The position numbers and the translations under genes are program-made. A DNA stretch of 64,000 nt from Eledone cirrhosa (lineage: Eukaryota): the NCBI GenBank assembly GCA_964016885.1, contig CAXHJY010001495.1, forward strand, positions 25,970 through 89,969. The letters run 5' to 3'. The notes beneath the pieces were generated by a model. The model was not told the origin of the DNA. It did not search any database and worked only from the letters and a program-made list of their open reading frames with translations. This document shows positions 1 through 15,804 of the stretch, in pieces. The stretch's first letter is position 1. Each line of letters begins with the position of its first letter.

Positions 1-35
1 CAAAGTACTCAATACTTATGGTAGTAGAGTGGGTA

Positions 36-151
36 ATAGGAACGAGTAGGACCCCGACGGCTGAGCTCAAGCCGTTTCGACGGCTAATTCTGTCCAGAAT
101 TAGCCGTCGAAACGGCTTGAGCTCAGCCGTCGGGGTCCTATTCGTTCCTAT
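36..151. repeat. Near-perfect palindrome (57-bp arms, 2-nt loop), probable PLE terminal-repeat remnant
   Basis: ATAGGAACGAGTAGGACCCCGACGG..TTCTG|tc|CAGAA..GGGGTCCTATTCGTTCCTAT, followed by (TA)n. The same family recurs at about 13182-13320 and 22043-22155. Confidence 0.85.
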
Positions 152-167
152 ATATATATATATATAT

Positions 168-340
168 CATTTCATTTCATTTCATTTTACGTCCGCTTTT
201 TCCCTGCTTGCAAGGGTGGGACGGGAACTGATTCTGGCTTGATTTCTACAGCTGGATGCCCTTCCTAACACCAACCTCATTTACAGTGAGTGCTGGGTGC
301 TTTTTTGCCGTGGCACCTCCACGACCACTTTGCAGTGGAA
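168..340 (-). mobile_element. RTE-type LINE/SINE 3' end fragment with (GAAAT)n tail
   Basis: Shares CTACAGCTGGATGCCCTTCCTAACACCAACCTCATTTACAGTGAGTGCTGGGTGC with the 3' UTR of the RTE at about 32990-33050. Confidence 0.75.
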
Positions 341-454
341 TGATATGGACCCCAGTCCTATCATCTCATTTCTACAGCTGAGTAAACTGGAGCAATGTGA
401 AATAAAGTGTCTTGCTTAAGGAAACAACACATCACCCGGTCTGAGAATTGTACT

Positions 455-538
<84 letters not shown>

Positions 539-689
539 GCTTAGCAATATCTTTCAATGCGAGTAGAACGATGTGACACAAAACCTGTAGAAGGTTCATT
601 TGTTTTGATCGGCGAGATTTGAACTGAGAGAACAGAGAGCCAAAACTAATAGAGCGACACCTTTTATCTGACGGTCTAACAACTCAATT

Positions 690-1165
690 CTCTGCCTTAA
701 CATAGAGTGACGTCGTCCAGACAGGGGAAATTGCTTTCCAACTTCTTTTCTCGAATAAGATTGTCTATAATTTGTTGGAAACCCTGTCAAACCAGAGATT
801 AAGATGTTTGAATTCAAACAAGTGGCTAACTACCTCCAAAGGGGCAAATACTTTACCACTGAATGCAGCTCAACACAGTGGCATGCACCAAATAAGTCGA
901 TAGCGTTAATTACCTTACAAGATTTGTGTTACCTACATTATCTAAGATGTGTGACGACCAAACGTCTAAGTAGGTGAATCTATTGATAGTTCCAGAGTTG
1001 TCAACTACTAAACTATTTATTTGCTGTTACCATCAACGACATGTACTTGCTGGAGTGAATCACTTCGTTATGTCTTCTCTAAACATTTTATTCAGTTTCG
1101 GTCGAATAAACTCAGCACGATAAATTAAGGTGACAAGATTTCACAACTACATGTTTATTATATGG
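690..1165 (-). pseudogene. Decayed Ty3/Gypsy reverse-transcriptase fragment
   Basis: Manual translation across frameshifts gives EFIRPKLNKMFREDI, LVVDNSGTINRFTYLD, AIDLFGACH, LFEFKH and GFQQIIDNLIREKKLESNFPCLDDVTLC, collinear with Gypsy RT motifs IDYSxTINRFT, IDLxSAYHQ and FQRxMD..YLDD. Confidence 0.7.
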
Positions 1166-1835
1166 CGATAAAGAGGCAGTGAATCGGCGAATAGAATGTT
1201 CCACGACGTTCGTTCTCACTCTCTGCTCTCTCTCTCTGTGCTCTCTGAGTTCAAGCCCCGTCGTGGTCAGCTTTTCGTGGTCGATAAGAAAAGCATCAGT
1301 CTAGTACAGGAATCGATTCTTTCTCATTTCCTCTCTTTCTCCTTTAGAAGAGATCGACTGTGTTCAAACTTGGAGAGTGGATGCGCCCCGTCAGGTTTAA
1401 AGTGCCCAAGACAGCGCTCCTACGGATCCATCAACAGTTACGGACCCATACATATATATGTGCATACATACAGAGATAAGTTGGAAACTGAGTGGATTGA
1501 TTTTTAGGGAAGCCACAGTGAAATCTTCAATTCTGGATGGTAACTACTGGTAACCACTGAATTCAACTTTAACAGGCGAATGTTTATTTAAAAATGGAAT
1601 AACAAGTAGTATGAAGAAACGTATTTGGTCATACAGGTGGGAATGGGAAGGAAGGTGCCCTAAAACCAGAGACCTGATTTAAATGTTTGAAAAGGGGGGA
1701 CCAAAAGGTACATTCTAAAAGCTTTTTTTTTTTTTGTACTTGCACTACTAGTAGGACTATACTATCACTTAATAACCTATCTGGATATTTTATTACGAAT
1801 ACTGGGAAAGCCATGTTCTTGAAAGACTGCACGAC

Positions 1836-2010
1836 CAGTGCCGGATTTTCCATTGTGCTTAGGTGTGCTTAAACACAAGGCCCCGTTGGCCGGTGGGGGC
1901 GCATCTTCCCCCCCTCCCCCCCAAAAAAATGTTTACAATGAATTTTTCAAATGTAAGTGGCCTACTAAATTAACTAGTATAGGGCCTCGTTTCTCCTATA
2001 TCCAGCACCG
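1836..2010. mobile_element. hAT-type MITE
   Basis: Imperfect TIRs CAGTGCCGGAT / ATCCAGCACCG; exact 8-bp TSD TGCACGAC at 1828-1835 and 2011-2018. Confidence 0.85.
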
Positions 2011-2198
2011 TGCACGACCTATCATGAATTAAAACAATGTGGATTTGAAGCAACCTTCAAAATATCCATATATAAATATATAAGTTTCAAAAGACAGCGT
2101 TAAGGGTGAAAGCAGCGATTCTTTGCTTAGACTTTATTCTGTTCTTATAATAGACATTTGCTCTACGGGTTTATATATATATATTATTATTATTATTA

Positions 2199-2228
<30 letters not shown>

Positions 2229-2233
<5 letters not shown>

Positions 2234-2480
2234 CATAGAAAAAATTAAACTGAAATCACAGACAAGTTCGTGGTTTATCTCTGATATTTCAAGTAATACC
2301 AGAGATAAGCCACGAATTAATAAACTCGCCGAATCTTTGAGTAGATATACTTTACCCTTGGGTTCAGTTTCATATATACTCTTCCTTCAGTGCAGTTACA
2401 TATATTTTATGAAGATTTTCTGCCTTGCCGTCGAGCGCTTACCGTTTCGAGTTCTAAGCTGTTAACTAGTAATAGTAACT
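2229..2480. repeat. About 250-bp module, duplicated at 5771-6022
   Basis: Near-identical copies 3542 bp apart. Internal hairpin TTCGTGGTTTATCTCTG/CAGAGATAAGCCACGAA; minus strand carries GAAACGGTA (3' half of a hammerhead). Confidence 0.85.
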
Positions 2481-3384
<904 letters not shown>

Positions 3385-3498
3385 CATATTCAAAACAGGG
3401 GTGCATAGAACAATCCCTTCCCTTCAGTCAACCTCTAGAAATCAACAGAGGTTGACTGAAGGGAAGGGATTGTTCTGTGCACCCCTGTTTTGAATATG
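3385..3498. repeat. Hairpin (about 52-bp arms, 10-nt loop) embedded in (TA)n
   Basis: CATATTCAAAACAGGGGTGCA..CAACCTCT / AGAGGTTG..TGCACCCCTGTTTTGAATATG with one mismatch. Confidence 0.9.
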
Positions 3499-3520
3499 TA
3501 TATATATATATTTATATATA

Positions 3521-4535
<1,015 letters not shown>

Positions 4536-4570
4536 TGTGTATGTATGTGTGTATGTATGTGTGTTTGTGT

Positions 4571-4905
<335 letters not shown>

Positions 4906-5617
4906 AATCCGCAGGGCAAAACATAGAAGAATACAGTTATATATATATATAATAATAATATTATTTATACTTATATATACACCATATATAATTATAAATA
5001 GGAAAGGTCAGTAATTCATTATCACCTTATTACCAGTAAGAAAAATATCTCAATGTAAATACATGAGATGTTTTACAGAGCCTGAATATAGTTGTAGCTA
5101 CAAATAAACATTTACTAAAATATAAGCAATGTAATGGAAAGGAAAACCTTAATATTAATACTCGCAACACATGCACATTTGAACATTACCGAAACAATTA
5201 TCACATTGCATCCACCATAAACTTCATAGAAACTGCTTTTCATACCCACGCATCTCTGTCTGCTTAATATGCTTTTATACCTGTATTGTATTATGTGATA
5301 CCTTTGCCATACTGTGATATATATGCTTAGTACCATTGCTTGTTTATTACCTGGTTATTCTGTTCATGCCTAATACCTCTGCACTCTTTCTATACGTTTG
5401 CATATGTACTGCTAATATCCTCGTTTTGCGAGTAACTTTCTTTAATTCCTCTATAATTGTTGTATTATTCTTTTACAATCTTTGTCGCATCCACTGATAC
5501 TGACCACATCATCTTCACTCTTTAAATATGACACTGTTAATGACAACACTAACATCTACGTATCTTTACAATTGTTCTGTAGAATAGGAGGTTAATTATA
5601 TGTCTAAACTTTGCTAG

Positions 5618-5664
5618 TGCTCCGATGATTCCAAACGAAAGTTTGGAAGAAACGATTGTCAGCA
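5618..5664 (+). ncRNA. Type I hammerhead ribozyme, U4C core variant
   Basis: TGCT-CCGATGA-TTCCAAAC(GAAA)GTTTGGAA-GAAAC gatt GTC-AGCA, followed by AATAAA and (TA)n. Confidence 0.75.
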
Positions 5665-5698
5665 ATAAAATGTTTTGAACATAGTTTTGATTATTCTG

Positions 5699-5772
<74 letters not shown>

Positions 5773-6164
5773 TAACATAGAAATAATTAAACTGAAATCA
5801 CAGACAAGTTCGTGGTTTATCTCTGATATTTCAAGTAATACCAGAGATAAGCCACGAATTAATAAACCCGCCGAATCTTTGAGTAGATATACTTTAGCCT
5901 TGGGTTCAGTTTCATATATACTCTTCCTTCAGTGCAGTTACATATATTTTATGAAGATTTTCTGCCTTGCCGTCGAGCGCTTACCGTTTCGAGTTCTAAG
6001 CTGTTAACTAGTAATAGTAACTCTCTCTCTCTCTCCCTCTCTCTCTCTCCCTCTATCTCTCTCTCTCTCTCAATTAGCGAGAATCGTATTTCGGCTTTGG
6101 AAATTAGAATTAGCAAAAACAACTTCCTAGATATGTGGCAAGCGTTCAATAATTCTAGCGAACA

Positions 6165-7838
<1,674 letters not shown>

Positions 7839-8002
7839 ATTGGAAAATGTGTGAAATCCTTGGTACAGTTAGGTATATTTGAAAAAAAAGGAAAAGAATG
7901 ACTTCACTTTTTGCTATGTAGATAACAAAATTGTAAAATTGTAATATTATAAAAGTAAATTGTTTTGGAACTACAAGTGAAGTCATTCTTTTTCCTTTTT
8001 TC

Positions 8003-8057
<55 letters not shown>

Positions 8058-8231
8058 CTCCGCCAGGCAAAAACATAGAAGAATTCAGTTACATGTATAT
8101 ATGTAGTAGGTGAGTAATATTGTAGAACAATAAAACTATGCATATATCAGATAAGTAGCACTCAACAGTTGGTAGAACTGGAGTATATATAAAGAAGAAA
8201 TTAAAAGATGGTTAAAAAGGTTCCACATATT

Positions 8232-8296
8232 TTTATTATGCGCATTTCGAAAACAACATCATCCTGGGACCAAAATTGTCTTCTCATCAGATACAA
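8232..8296 (-). ncRNA. Minimal type I hammerhead ribozyme with palindromic loop III
   Basis: Minus strand: TAT-CTGATGA-GAAGACAA..TTGTTTTC-GAAA TGCGCA TA-ATA; ATGCGCAT is self-complementary. Confidence 0.78.
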
Positions 8297-8400
8297 TAAG
8301 GTAACATGATATGAGGCCTAAAACCAGTTGTGAAGAAGAAAGTGTAGACTGGACACTTTCCTTGTACATGCACACACATATATATATATATATATATGTA

Positions 8401-8673
8401 CGTATGGGTTTACCGAACATTTACTATAATGCTCGGTTTGTTTGCTCAGCCGTTAATATGCATAAGGAAAGTATATACTTTCAGACGTTCAATCATCTGG
8501 CAGGAAGGTATACGTTGCTGACGATAGCTAATAAGCTTGAAACTAGTACATCGTTCGTTTGTCAGTGTTGGACAAGTGGGCAACGATGGTTGCTAAACAC
8601 TATACGGCTTAATTCGGGCTGTTTGTTTACAAACAGACCGAGCATTATAATAAATGTTCGGTAAATCCATACG
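8401..8673. mobile_element. MITE-like element with about 44-bp TIRs, TA-flanked
   Basis: CGTATGGGTTTACCGAACATTTACTATAATGCTCGGTTTGTTTG versus CAAACAGACCGAGCATTATAATAAATGTTCGGTAAATCCATACG. Confidence 0.75.
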
Positions 8674-8765
8674 TACATATATATATATATGTGTGCATGT
8701 ATGTATATATATATACATACTACTGTACGTCTGTATACATATATGTATGTACGCGTACATACTTA

Positions 8766-8804
<39 letters not shown>

Positions 8805-8955
8805 ATACTTTGGGAGGGTCATGTTGCCAATAAGAAACACACGCACCAGTTGCTTTCACTTCAATTTAATTTAATATATATTTATAAATTTACAAATTTA
8901 TAAATTTCTGGTTGGTTGGTTGGTTCCACAACCAGATAGTTGTTTATATATATAT

Positions 8956-9000
8956 AGTCATAGTTCTTTCGTCACACACTCTGTGACCTCTTCAGTGACT
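8956..9000 (-). ncRNA. Type I hammerhead ribozyme in the PLE1 3' repeat
   Basis: AGTCA-CTGAAGA-G-GTCACA gagtg TGTGAC-GAAA gaac TA-TGACT. Confidence 0.88.
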
Positions 9001-9296
9001 GGGGATTTCTTTCTTCGTTTCTGTGCCTTTCCTTTCTTCTATCCTACGCCATTTTGTTTGTGTGTGGGTTGCGTGCTCAGTTTGCGCATGCGCCACATCC
9101 GGGTGTCTGTGTGTGTTTGTGTTCATTTTTCTATTTTTCTATTTATATTTGTTTGTTTATTTATTTATTTATTGTTGGTTGGTTGTTTGTTCTATGTGTG
9201 TGTGTGTTTTCATTTTGTCTTGTGTGTGTTTTCATTTTGTGTGTGTTTTCAATTGTAAGTTGTTTATATATGTGTGTGTGTGTTTTCATTTTGTCC

Positions 9297-10823
9297 TTAA
9301 TTGTAAGTTGTGATGTTGCTGTTCCACTCATATTTTCTATTTAATTTAGGTTTTAATTCTTTTATGCTTACTGCCTCTGTAATTTGCCTAAACATTGCGT
9401 CTTTCTTGTGTGTGGATTCTATTTTTATTTCTATGCTCTCTAATTTACCCCTGTGTTCTATCTTAGCATGTTGGTAGAGCACAGATGATTCTTTACTATC
9501 TTGGAGGTCTCGCCAGTGTTCATTTATTCGTTCCCCTATACTACGAGCTGTCTCACCTATGTACACTATATTTTTGTTTCTACATTGTCCCTCAGTACAT
9601 CTTATGCTATATACTACATTTCTAGTTTTACAGTTAATATGGGGGCTTATTTTACAGGTTATACATTTCTTATCTATACATGAGGGTCTTTGGAACGGGT
9701 ATGTCTTGCTAATAAGTGTTTTTACGGAGGTACCAGGTCTTTCTACTATCTTAATATTGAGATTATGTTTCTTTAGGGCCCTTCTAAATTTGTAGGCTAG
9801 TTCGCCTCTAGGGGTTGTATTGATGAACATTACACTCTGGTATTTATTGCTATCATACCATGAGTTTATTCTATTGGCCTTGTTCTTAGTTCTTTCTATT
9901 CTATTCCAAAATTTGCTCCTATACAAGGGGCAGGTCCCATTTATGTCATTATTTACCATTTTTTCCCATTTGGTTCTGGCTCCTTTATACACTCTGATTC
10001 TATCTCTCTGATTGTAGCCAGAGAACTGCATACGGTGGATGAAGTGTTGTATGTGTCTCTCTAGTTCTTCGGGGTTGCACATGCGGGACACATTTCTCAT
10101 CACCCGTATCAAATCCGCAATCAGTATGTTGATTTTGGTATGGTCCGAAATGGCCGAGTTTCGGTGGATCAGATGTTTGGAAGTCATGGGTTTGGCATAA
10201 TGGGAATGGAGGATTTGTTTTTGGTTGTTAATAGTATCTAACCAGAGCTCTGTGTCTAGTACAGGTAATCGATGGTTGGGGTGTCTACTTGGGTAGTCTA
10301 TAGTAACTCTAATGCTCTGGTGGATGGAGTTTGCTATTTGCTGGATGCTTTCCATTGTGTTTTTCTCAGGTTCCTGACTGTTCTTTAGTGGGGGTGTCTT
10401 AACTACGATGTTTATATCATCTACGTAGCGGGAGTACATTATCAGGGTTAAGCTGTCTTCTAATTGTTCTTTAAGTTTTTGTTTAAGTCTACTGTCCCAC
10501 CATACCATGAACAAGTTAGCTATGTCGCCTGCAATGCTAACACCAATGGCTGCTCCTTCCTCTTGGGCATATGTTTTACCATTAAATTTGAACATATGTT
10601 CCTTAAGGGTTAATTTTATGCTGGCCCCTACCGCATGTGCAATCATTTTCTTCAGTTCATCGTGGTTTTCGGGTGTCCGTATGGCTCTGGTCCACCCGTT
10701 CCATCTATCTGTGTGGGTTTTCTTGGCCATTGAGGTAATGGTAGGTGGTCTGCCTCTTGCTGGTCTTGTAGGGCACAGGTTGCTAAGGTCATAAGTGTCT
10801 AGGTAACTATTACTATGGGTAAG
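9297..10823 (-). CDS. PLE reverse transcriptase (C-terminal part) plus GIY-YIG endonuclease; 5'-truncated, frame otherwise intact
   Basis: GAAIGVSIAGDIANLFM, YSRYVDD, LPVLD, CIDKKCITC, NVVYSIRC..YIGETARS..RINEH, E..I....PKLN. The frame stays open upstream of Met 10730 to the inversion junction. Confidence 0.9.
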   Translation of the reverse strand, partial: LTHSNSYLDTYDLSNLCPTRPARGRPPTITSMAKKTHTDRWNGWTRAIRTPENHDELKKMIAHAVGASIKLTLKEHMFKFNGKTYAQEEGAAIGVSIAGDIANLFMVWWDSRLKQKLKEQLEDSLTLIMYSRYVDDINIVVKTPPLKNSQEPEKNTMESIQQIANSIHQSIRVTIDYPSRHPNHRLPVLDTELWLDTINNQKQILHSHYAKPMTSKHLIHRNSAISDHTKINILIADLIRVMRNVSRMCNPEELERHIQHFIHRMQFSGYNQRDRIRVYKGARTKWEKMVNNDINGTCPLYRSKFWNRIERTKNKANRINSWYDSNKYQSVMFINTTPRGELAYKFRRALKKHNLNIKIVERPGTSVKTLISKTYPFQRPSCIDKKCITCKISPHINCKTRNVVYSIRCTEGQCRNKNIVYIGETARSIGERINEHWRDLQDSKESSVLYQHAKIEHRGKLESIEIKIESTHKKDAMFRQITEAVSIKELKPKLNRKYEWNSNITTYN

Positions 10824-10824
10824 C

Positions 10825-11556
10825 CAGTTCTCTGGCTACAATCAGAGAGATAGAATCAGAGTGTATAAAGGAGCCAGAACCAAATGGGAAAAAATGGTAA
10901 ATAATGACATAAATGGGACCTGCCCCTTGTATAGGAGCAAATTTTGGAATAGAATAGAAAGAACTAAGAACAAGGCCAATAGAATAAACTCATGGTATGA
11001 TAGCAATAAATACCAGAGTGTAATGTTCATCAATACAACCCCTAGAGGCGAACTAGCCTACAAATTTAGAAGGGCCCTAAAGAAACATAATCTCAATATT
11101 AAGATAGTAGAAAGACCTGGTACCTCCGTAAAAACACTTATTAGCAAGACATACCCGTTCCAAAGACCCTCATGTATAGATAAGAAATGTATAACCTGTA
11201 AAATAAGCCCCCATATTAACTGTAAAACTAGAAATGTAGTATATAGCATAAGATGTACTGAGGGACAATGTAGAAACAAAAATATAGTGTACATAGGTGA
11301 GACAGCTCGTAGTATAGGGGAACGAATAAATGAACACTGGCGAGACCTCCAAGATAGTAAAGAATCATCTGTGCTCTACCAACATGCTAAGATAGAACAC
11401 AGGGGTAAATTAGAGAGCATAGAAATAAAAATAGAATCCACACACAAGAAAGACGCAATGTTTAGGCAAATTACAGAGGCAGTAAGCATAAAAGAATTAA
11501 AACCTAAATTAAATAGAAAATATGAGTGGAACAGCAACATCACAACTTACAATTAA
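10825..11556 (+). pseudogene. Inverted duplicate of the PLE1 C-terminus (thumb plus GIY-YIG)
   Basis: ORF 10861-11556 is identical to the C-terminus of ORF 9297-10730. Confidence 0.9.
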
Positions 11557-11852
11557 GGACAAAATGAAAACACACACACACATATATAAACAACTTACAA
11601 TTGAAAACACACACAAAATGAAAACACACACAAGACAAAATGAAAACACACACACACATAGAACAAACAACCAACCAACAATAAATAAATAAATAAACAA
11701 ACAAATATAAATAGAAAAATAGAAAAATGAACACAAACACACACAGACACCCGGATGTGGCGCATGCGCAAACTGAGCACGCAACCCACACACAAACAAA
11801 ATGGCGTAGGATAGAAGAAAGGAAAGGCACAGAAACGAAGAAAGAAATCCCC

Positions 11853-11897
11853 AGTCACTGAAGAGGTCACAGAGTGTGTGACGAAAGAACTATGACT
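11853..11897 (+). ncRNA. Type I hammerhead ribozyme (mirror of 8956-9000)
   Basis: AGTCA CTGAAGA GGTCACAGAGTGTGTGAC GAAA GAAC TA TGACT; predicted cut after 11892. Confidence 0.88.
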
Positions 11898-12164
11898 ATA
11901 TATATATAAACAACTATCTGGTTGTGGAACCAACCAACCAACCAGAAATTTATAAATTTGTAAATTTATAAATATATATTAAATTAAATTGAAGTGAAAG
12001 CAACTGGTGCGTGTGTTTCTTATTGGCAACATGACCCTCCCAAAGTATAACAATATCGGTTTCAACACACGATTTCAGATAAAGAATCTTGCTAAACAAA
12101 TTCAGAAACGAAATATATATATATATATATATACGTTATTCCGGGTTGAATCGGAGGGTATTAA

Positions 12165-12218
<54 letters not shown>

Positions 12219-12220
<2 letters not shown>

Positions 12221-12416
12221 AGAAATATAAGCTATCGCCGTACTTTGACTAAAGAAATTACTTAGCCTGATAGTGGGGTTAAGAACCGTCGGAGAAATGG
12301 AAAAAGATGAGTACGTAAATACTCATCTTTTTCCATTTCTCCGACGGTTCTTAACCCCACTATCAGGCTAAGTAATTTCTTTAGTCAAAATACGGCTATA
12401 GCTTATATTTTTCTAA
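12219..12416. repeat. Near-perfect palindrome (about 96-bp arms) next to (TA)n
   Basis: TTAGAAATATAAGCTA..GATGAGTA cgtaaa TACTCATC..TAGCTTATATTTTTCTAA. Confidence 0.9.
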
Positions 12417-12453
12417 TTTCAAACTCGCTCGCTGTTTCGAAAATATTCTTACT

Positions 12454-12527
<74 letters not shown>

Positions 12528-12595
12528 AAAAAGGGATGAAATCGAAAATGCAACTGAAGTCTTATTTTTTTTAAAATATATATATTTATTTGGTT

Positions 12596-12633
12596 CCTTT
12601 ACCGGTTTCGCAGTTCTTCTGCTTTTCAAAAGG
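12596..12633 (-). ncRNA. Decayed hammerhead (core TTGAAAA)
   Basis: CCTT-TTGAAAA-GCAG aagaa CTGC-GAAA CCGG TA-AAGG; stems intact, two core substitutions. Confidence 0.5.
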
Positions 12634-12917
12634 TGAGTTGAGATGGAGGGTCTGTGGTTTTTCTCACATCTGGTTGGTCTCTAAATGTTACTTGTTTTAT
12701 ATGGAAAAACTGGCTCGAAAACCAGGTTTTTCGAGAAGTAATTTGATTGGTTTGTCAATAATTATAATAAATTTCGCACCAGTTCGCGTTACAATAGTTC
12801 TTCAAATAAGAGAGGGGGGGGGGGGAGTTTGTCACAGGTTGTTTTTTCATATATGAGTGTTTGAATTTCTTTTTACTTGAAAAAATGAGGCTCACGTATA
12901 TATATATATATATATAC

Positions 12918-12961
<44 letters not shown>

Positions 12962-13314
12962 GATATTAACAAATGGAAACTATATTTATAAAACCATATC
13001 TATTTTATTATACATATTTCAAGGATACTATATTAAATTATGGTATGCTTTCATCAGACAAAATACAATATATACCAGTTTTATAAATAAATATTGACAT
13101 ACCCTTTCAAAATGCTACCGTTACTTTTGGAAGACATCAGTGATATCCCCGATGTCATCCAAAAGTAACATATATATATATAACGAAGGAAGTGTGGTGA
13201 GGAACCAGATGGACCATAACGCACCAGAGTACTCAATACTTAGGGTAGTAGGGTAGGAAAAAAGAAATAGCCGTCGAAACGGCTTGAGCTCTGCCGTCGG
13301 GGGTCAAACATTTT

Positions 13315-13355
<41 letters not shown>

Positions 13356-13450
13356 AAATACTAATGATGGTTGGCAAAATCACTGATGAGGGACTAATTT
13401 TATAATATGTAATCCATGTGCAACCATGCAGTATTCTTCTTCCCCTTGTT

Positions 13451-13522
<72 letters not shown>

Positions 13523-13977
13523 GAATAATCGAGAATCGGAATATCGGCCCACGAAATCACGATAAACAACATCCGATATATGTGGCAGAGGGCTCAATAA
13601 TTTGGAAAAATCAGAGCTATAACTATCGTTAAAATACCAACACATAGAGATCATGCCTAAAATCACCTGTGCAGCCGAAAAAGAACGACCATGAAGATTC
13701 GGGTCACTCAAATAAAATATCAATAAACTAATAATTTAAATGAATGTAAAAAACTCACCCGGACCCGCTAGAAAGATGTTTAATCTAGCTTCTTGGGTTT
13801 CTGCAATTCCTTAATCCAATCACTATCAGCCCACATAAAAAATATATAAGACTTCTAGAGAAGGGATGAACGCGATATATATATATATATATATATATAT
13901 TCGCTACAATTGCTTTCCTTTGTACGAAATAAGGTACCCAGATCCTCGGACGCTCGTCATTAACTTTTAACAGCGAT

Positions 13978-14028
13978 CGTCTGAGGATCTGGGAACTCGT
14001 ACATCCCGTTCTCACGAAAACTGTAATG
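13978..14028 (+). ncRNA. Type I hammerhead candidate with a partial inverted copy at about 13922-13955
   Basis: CGT-CTGAGGA-tc-TGGGAAC..GTTCTCA-c-GAAA actg TA-ATG. Confidence 0.6.
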
Positions 14029-14288
14029 TAAATGCCATTTTGTCTGCAGTTAAATACATTCTCTATACTCAAACGTTGTGTCTGTAGTGCACACAAACTT
14101 GGATTGATCAGAAGTTAAATTACTATAGAGAAATTTGATATGAAAGTAAATTAATATAGACTGCCATGGTGGAGGGGAACAAGTTTACAGCAGGGTACAT
14201 ATAGTTATGTATTTATATCAATTGTATGAGTGTAGATTTATAAAGTGTGTCGGTGCATAAACCGCCATTTCGTTCGCTATTTCTCTCA

Positions 14289-14488
14289 GTGTATGTGTGT
14301 GTATGTGTGTGTGTGTGTGTGTGTAAATGTATGGATATATGTATGCGTGTATGTGTGCGCATGTACATGTATGTGTGCGCATGTACATGTATGTGTGTGC
14401 GCGTACGTATGTTATGCGTGCGTGCGTGTATGTGTGTGTGTGTATGTGTGCGTATATGTGTGCGCATGTATGTGTGTGCGCGTACGTA

Positions 14489-14527
<39 letters not shown>

Positions 14528-15080
14528 AAATGTGTGAATGTATGTATGCGTGTAGGAGTGCGTACGTACATGTATGTGTGCGCGCGTACGTGTGTATGCG
14601 TGTGTGTGTGTATGCGTATGTGCGTGTGTATGCGTGTGTTGTGTGTGTATGTGTATATGTGAACGTGTGTGAATGTGTGAACGTGTGTATGTGTGAATGT
14701 GTGTATATGTGAACGTGTGTATGTGTGAATGTGTATATGTGAACGTGTGTATGTATGACTGCGAGCCAAAACAATATTTTATATCGGCTGTGATATATTT
14801 TTCTTCCTGCTTTTGTCCATCTCCCCATCTCCCCATCTCCCCCATCTCCCCATCACCCCCAATCTCCCCCCCCCCCCATCTCCCTATCACCCCATCTTCC
14901 CATCACCCCCATCACCCCCATCACCCCCATCACCCCCAATCTCCCCCCATCTCCCTATCACCCCATCTCCCCCATCACCCCCATCACCCCCATCTCCCCC
15001 ATCACCCCATCACCCCATCTCCCCCATCACTCCATCACCCCCCCTCTCCCCATCTCCCCCATCACCCACCCTCATCACCC
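14289..15080. repeat. (TG)n-like tract followed by a (CCCCAT)n-like tract
   Basis: Direct inspection. Confidence 0.95.
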
Positions 15081-15620
15081 CAGACTTTGCTTAATATTTC
15101 ACACAGATGTGTTCTACTTCATATTTTCTTTCCATCATAAGATTCATTTGCAATGGCTGAGAAATTATTTTGTATTTCCATTCATCACATTAGTGTTTAA
15201 TGTATTTGTAAACGATATACTAATCATAACAACTAGTCATGGCTGACTTCCTGTACATTCTTGTCTCCAATAACTAGTTTAAGAGACATTTTACTTTCTA
15301 TGTTGTTTAAACATAGTTTACGTTATCTTAATTATCTTTTCGTGCTGTTTAGCATCCTTTTTTGGGGTTTATTTTTTTTTTACTGAAGAGGCTAATTTAT
15401 AATGATGACGTCATACAGAAAATATGTCTCCAAAACTACTGACGTTATATAACCAGATGAACTAATTTACCTGGTGTCATATTGAAGAGAACTAACTAAT
15501 ACGTTGGTACTATTTCTAGACAGTGACGTCATATAGACTTATTTTGGTGTATGTGGTGTTATATACAAGGGAACAGAAGAACTGATACACTTGAAGTTAG
15601 TTATATAATAGGGATATAAC

Positions 15621-15787
15621 CTGTGCAGGATTTACCATTGAGCTTATGTGCGCTTATGCACAGGGCCTCGTTCGCCAGGGCGGCCGATCTTCCTGCCAAA
15701 TTTTTTTTTTTACTTCCTTCAGAGCCCAAGTAAGGGGCATCATATCTTAACTAACACAGGGCCTCATTTTTCCTAAATACGGCCCTG
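15621..15787. mobile_element. hAT-type MITE related to 1836-2010
   Basis: Exact 8-bp TSD GATATAAC at 15613-15620 and 15788-15795; end CCTAAATACGGCCCTG; shared internal CACAGGGCCTC. Confidence 0.8.
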
Positions 15788-15804
15788 GATATAACGCATG
15801 CCAA

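Larger units (their letters stand above)
8797..12114 (-). mobile_element. Penelope-like element 1, 5'-truncated, with an inverted 3' duplication
   Basis: Arms 8797-10028 and 10825-12056 are reverse complements (coordinates sum to 20853) around a 796-bp spacer. The right arm extends to 12114. Both ends lie in (TA)n. Confidence 0.93.

Noticed and set aside
14817-15080. Telomere-like C-rich repeat
   Set aside because: The unit is a degenerate CCCCAT(CA/CT), not (CCCTAA)n; it is a simple repeat with G-quadruplex potential only.
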